Shown here piece after piece: positions 58,963 through 64,000 of a stretch of DNA of 64,000 bases; position 1 is the stretch's first letter; each line of letters opens with the position of its first letter. Made by a program: the position numbers and the translations under genes. The DNA is taken from the NCBI RefSeq assembly GCF_009914755.1, contig NC_060927.1. One strand, written 5' to 3'. The DNA is from the human T2T-CHM13v2.0 reference genome, Homo sapiens. The notes under the pieces were generated by a model that was given only the letters and a program-made list of their open reading frames with translations, was not told the DNA's origin and made no database searches.

Positions 58963-60244
58963 TGTCAACAGGTATATGTCTTTATCATTTTGGGTAGATA
59001 TTGCCAGTGTGCCCTGCGTGGTGGTCAGTCTATTTATTTATATGGCAGCGGACACATTTCTGTTGCCCACAACACACTGAGATCTTCGACTTCTGTGTCA
59101 TTGTTAGGGAGCTAGGCAAAAACTGTCCCCTTAGTTTAGTTAAAACAGGCACTGGTCTTATTGTGAGTGAACATCTTTTTGTGTGTTTGATGATTTGCAT
59201 TTTGCATTTATATTTTCTCTCTGCTTTGGCTTATCTCTTTGACTGGTTCTAGAAGTTCTTATTCATGAGAGAAGTGAATCTTTTGTCCGTGATGTGAGTT
59301 GCTGATATTCCCCCATTTGTCAGTTGGTTTTTAAGCTTTATATATGCGGTTTTGCTGTACTAATTTTAAAGCATTTGATGTAACTGAATTTTTTCTTCCA
59401 GGTTTTGTGCTGTATCGGAAGGGTGCCTCCCATTGTGATGTTACCCACACATACTCCCATGTTTTTTCGTAGTACATCTAAAGCTTCATTTTCGGATTTT
59501 CATTTTTGATCTATTGCCATTTATTCTGGTACAAGATGTGTGTATTTCTGTGTATGTTTCTGGTGGCTATCCTGTTATCCTAATACCAATTATTGAAAAC
59601 CCATGTTTTCTCTCTGATTTGAGATGTCGCCTTTATACAGCATTATTTCATTTAATTTTCATGACAATTCTTTGAGGTTGGCCTCAGGTTCCCATTATAT
59701 AGATGAGGAAACTGAGGCTCAGAGAGGTCACATAAATCATGCCCCTAGAAGTGGAGCTGCCCGGGTTTGAGCCTGGGTCTGTTCTAGTGGCCACTGTGCT
59801 ATACTGCTTCTGTCAACAGCAATTCTATAAGGTGCTCAGTCAGGAGTTGACTTTCTGCTCCAGCTCACGTTATTGTGGCTCAGCTTTTGTCTGTCTCTGT
59901 TGTTACTGCTCCAGCGTTATCTACTAACACCTCCTTTCCGCAGCTTTTGGGATCAAATGCTTTAAAGGGGAGACGGATTAGTCAGCCTGCAGCCATCCAC
60001 TGCAGCAGTCCTCGTGGGCAGAGCTCTCAGGCAAGACTGCTTCCAATGCCATAACCTGTTTGTAGATCTGCTGCCAACCCCACTGGCAGCCTCAGTCAAG
60101 CCAACCTCTGTGATGCAGCCACCCACAGGAGAGGGGTCCTTCACTCTGAGACTCCCCAGAAGGGGGCCGTTTGCTCAGCTGTCTTGGGGTATGGGCAATG
60201 TTCATCATTCTTGGCATGAGTAAAGCCTTATATCCTCTCTCTAC

Positions 60245-60700
60245 AAATCAGAGCTTTTGGGCTGTAAGCAACAGAAAACCAACTTGAACTAACTGCAGCC
60301 AAGAGGAAGGTTATGAAGAGCAGAGGTCTAACTAGCCTGGGGATGCCAGGATTCAGGAACTTCAAAACCATCAAGGGTCTGTTTGTCTTCTCTCTTCCTC
60401 TTCTTCTCTTTCTACCACTTCATAAATCCGAAACAGGCCACGTGAGCTGACAAATTGACAGTGCACAAAATCCAAGAGAAAGATTCTGACAGGCCAGACT
60501 TGGATGATAGATTTTTACTGAAATAATCACTATGGCCTGGGAAAGGGGGCATGAGACGTGTGAATGACCCTAGGGTGAGGGCGAATAGGAATTGTCATTG
60601 GAAGTTGCAGCAAAATCATGTGGTTGGAAGGGGAAGAGGTAGGGAGAGGGTGACTTTTACCAAAGGAGAGGAGGAAAGGTATAGGGGCAGAGAGCAAAAG
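60245..60700 (-). mobile_element. MaLR LTR (MLT1K/L-like)
   Basis: gctgtaagcaacagaaaaccaacttgaactaact..attctgacaggccagacttgg..aataatcactatggcc. Confidence 0.6.
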
Positions 60701-60745
60701 TACAAACTGGTCCCATTTTATTCTGTCCTTTGCCTTACAGCCAAA

Positions 60746-60785
60746 TCTGATATTATCTAATTTTGTCTGATATTGTCTAATTTTG
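60746..60785. repeat. 20-bp tandem duplication
   Basis: tctgatattatctaattttg / tctgatattgtctaattttg. Confidence 0.9.
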
Positions 60786-61296
60786 GCACCAAATAATGTC
60801 TCCTTCTTCCCTTCTTATTTCTAGGCAGTCTCATTCTGCCTAGAAGTTCCTGTGAATTTTAAAGCAACCACCTTCTTGGATTTGTGGCTACTGATCAGTT
60901 TGTGTCAGATAAATGTATTTGCATACTTATGGATTGTCTTATCCAATAAGATGTTATTGAATTCTACATGCTAGTGGTCTGCTCTGTTACTATTATTGTG
61001 GATTGGAGATTCAAGATCTATAAATAGTCAGTCCCCTGAGGTATCAGTTAGGAGAAACAGAAATCCTCTAGCACTAGCTCAAGCAGAATGTGGGATGTGA
61101 TGAACATACCTTGGAAACAAGACCTCAGGAAGGAACCAGAAATAGGCTTAGGAAGGATTGAGGATTTCTTGTGCACCTCTTGTGCCTGCTTTTTCCTATG
61201 GGTTTTCTTCCGTCTTGGGCTCAGTGGCCACATGTACCCTGCTGATCCACCTCTGGAGCTTATATATTATAGTTCTGGACACCTACAGAGACCAAT

Positions 61297-61743
61297 TGTA
61301 TTAGTTTGCTAGAGCGGCTATAATAAAGTATCACAGACTGGGTGGCTTAAAGTACAACAGCTATTTGTTGTCTCACAGTTCTGGAGGTGTGAAGCTCAAG
61401 AACATGGTGTCCACAGGGTTGGTTTTCTGAGAGCTGTGGGAATCTGTTCCATGCCCCTCTCTCCAGTGGTTTTCTGGCAACTTTTGTATTCCTTGGCCTG
61501 TAGAAGTATCGCCACCATCTCTGCCCTTACATTCCCATGATGTTCTCCCTGAGTACATGTGTCTGTGTTCAAATTTCTCCTCGTGTAAGGACACCAGTCA
61601 TTGGATTAGGGCCCATCCTAATGACCTCATCCAGACTAGTTATATCTGCAACAACCCTATTTCAAATAAGGTCACATTCTGAGGAATTGGAGGTTAGGAT
61701 TCCAACATATGGATTTTCAGGAGACACAGTTCAACCCGTGACA
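61297..61743 (-). mobile_element. MaLR solo LTR (MLT1B/C-like)
   Basis: tgtattagtttgctag..ctcacagttctggagg..aaataaggtcacattctgagg..gacacagttcaacccgtgaca; TSD ccaat. Confidence 0.92.
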
Positions 61744-62296
61744 CCAATTCTTTCTCTGTCTAAATTTCAAGCCTCCAGAAGATGGAAACTGACTTGCCTA
61801 TTTTGAGTCAAGCGACAGGCATGTACCTCCAACAAAATCAACATGGTGGGTTAGGGGTAGGGAGAAAGAACACCTATCCCTGTGGATTGGGGAGATTTAC
61901 AAGAACCACAAAAAGTCTGCTCTGGAAGCTTTGCACATTGGCTTCCCCCACCCACTTCTGAACTGTAAATGCCCCTAAGTGGCCAGTCATTATTGGCAGA
62001 CACCTTAGCAATGACTTAGCAGAGCTGGCAAGACATGGTCCCTTTCAGTCTGGTAACCGAAACTCAGGCCCGCCCTGACCAAACTGGGAAGCTGGTCACA
62101 TTCCCCAGACTTTATGTTTGGTAAAATGTTACATTTAGACAAATCCTTATACTCCTTTCTTGTTTTCTCTAAGAAAGGAACAAACTTTGTGTCAGGTTAT
62201 TACTGTAATTTTTTTTTTTTAAGAAAATTGGATAACGCAAAATATGAAGCAAATATAAAGCACCCCTAATCCCACCTACCTGAAGTAGACGCTGTT

Positions 62297-62600
<304 letters not shown>

Positions 62601-64000
62601 AATAGACACTGTTAACACTTTGATATACTTTCTTCCAGACTTATTTGTTATTTAAAAACAAATGTATGTATATGCAAATGCATGCACACATGTTAACATA
62701 AATGGGGCAGTGTTGTATGTAATATTTTGTCTTTTTAATTTAAATGTTATTGATACCAAATTCCATGTTAATATGTATAGATCTACATCTAATTTTTAAA
62801 ATAGCTACATGGCATTTCATACTATATTTACTCCTTCTATGCATAGATGTTTTGGGTTATTTTCAAATGTTTGTTATTATTAGCAATAAATTAATGACTG
62901 TTCTTATCCACATTTCTTTATGAATTTTTAGAAGTAGAATTGCAAGGCCAAAGGGTGTGTTCTGCCTTAGATAGGAAGATAGGAGAATAGGTTAGTAGTG
63001 GCCTGGTAACTACAGTTTCTCCCCAAACACACACAATGAGAGAAAATCTGTTTATGAGTAACATCAAGTAGCCGAGAGAATGAGTTTCCTGGGCCCGGGA
63101 TAGGTGCTGTCTCTCAGCAGGAGTTTGCATCAGGCTGCTCATGTTATTGGGCATGATTTCCTTTGCTCTCATATATCAATTTATAGCCTAGAGCCCTGTT
63201 CTCCTGCAGCGGCAGGCACAGATCCAGTGATGAGGCCGCTACCCTCATCACTAAGAGTTGATAAGTTTTTCTGTCTGGTTTACAATTTAGCTGTAGATTT
63301 CTGCTCTTCCCACATCTGGGTTGAAATCTTGCTTGTGAGATGGCCTGATCTCCTCTGGCCTCAAACTGGGTACTAACTGGAGCAGGAGGTGGGCTCACTG
63401 TGGCCCAGGAGGCTGCGGGGAGAGGGTGGATTTTATGTTGAACAGAGTGGGCAGGGGTTTTTCTCTCTTAAAGCCAAGCATAAACCAAACAAAACAGAAA
63501 CAAGAGACAAGTCAAGCGGCCCTTTACTCTCCAGGAAAATGTTCCTGCATTCCTGTTTTAAAGTCCTTCCTGCATTAAATAGAGGAATTGATGCATGGCA
63601 TTTTATTTAAGCTGGAATTATTCTTTATGTCACCAAAGGCTGCTTTCAGATCACCTGCACATGACAGATTATAAAACTCAGGCAGTTCTGACATCTGGGT
63701 TGACAGTCCCCCAGTAGATCTTTGTCTCCTGGGATGTCTATAGATGTCTAATTCTTGGCTTGTTTGTCTTTTGGTTTCTGGAGCCCGCAGGGCTACTCTG
63801 TAGGGAGGGGACAGGAAGGCTATGTGTGTGCACGCATGCACTCACCCACATGCGCACCCGTATACATACATGTAAGGCACAGTTCCTGTATCATCAAAAG
63901 AGTTTAACCTGGGTCCAGTTGCACAGCTTCTTAAAAAGCCTTACACAAAACTATATCTATTTTTAAGTGTCCCCATACTCACTCTTACTCCTTGTGATTC

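Overview
Primate genomic DNA (human or ape, judged by AluY and LTR12C). It is repeat-rich, and no protein-coding exon, RNA gene or processed pseudogene could be recognised. The window holds about 23 Alu copies or fragments, old L1M/L1MA/L1PB/L1PA pieces, many MIR and L2 relics, hAT/Tigger MITEs (MER5, MER20, MER58, MER3, MER94, MER6B, Charlie-like), MaLR LTRs (MLT1, THE1) and one solo ERV9 LTR12C at 26485-27766. Most L1 and MaLR copies are on the minus strand, which suggests but does not prove a large intron of a + strand gene that I cannot name. The ORF track is almost entirely repeat-derived or spurious. I found no convincing new biological system. The best leads are: an LTR12C with no target-site duplication sitting between two unrelated truncated repeats (possible deletion or recombination scar); its CpG-rich promoter with a mutated TATA-like box; a perfect four-unit heat-shock element just downstream; a 75-bp Z-DNA tract; nested opposite-strand L1s forming kb-scale inverted arms; and several well-bounded cryptic exon candidates, one open and frame-preserving. 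Repeat subfamily names come from recalled consensus motifs, not from a RepeatMasker run, and boundaries of old repeats are approximate.
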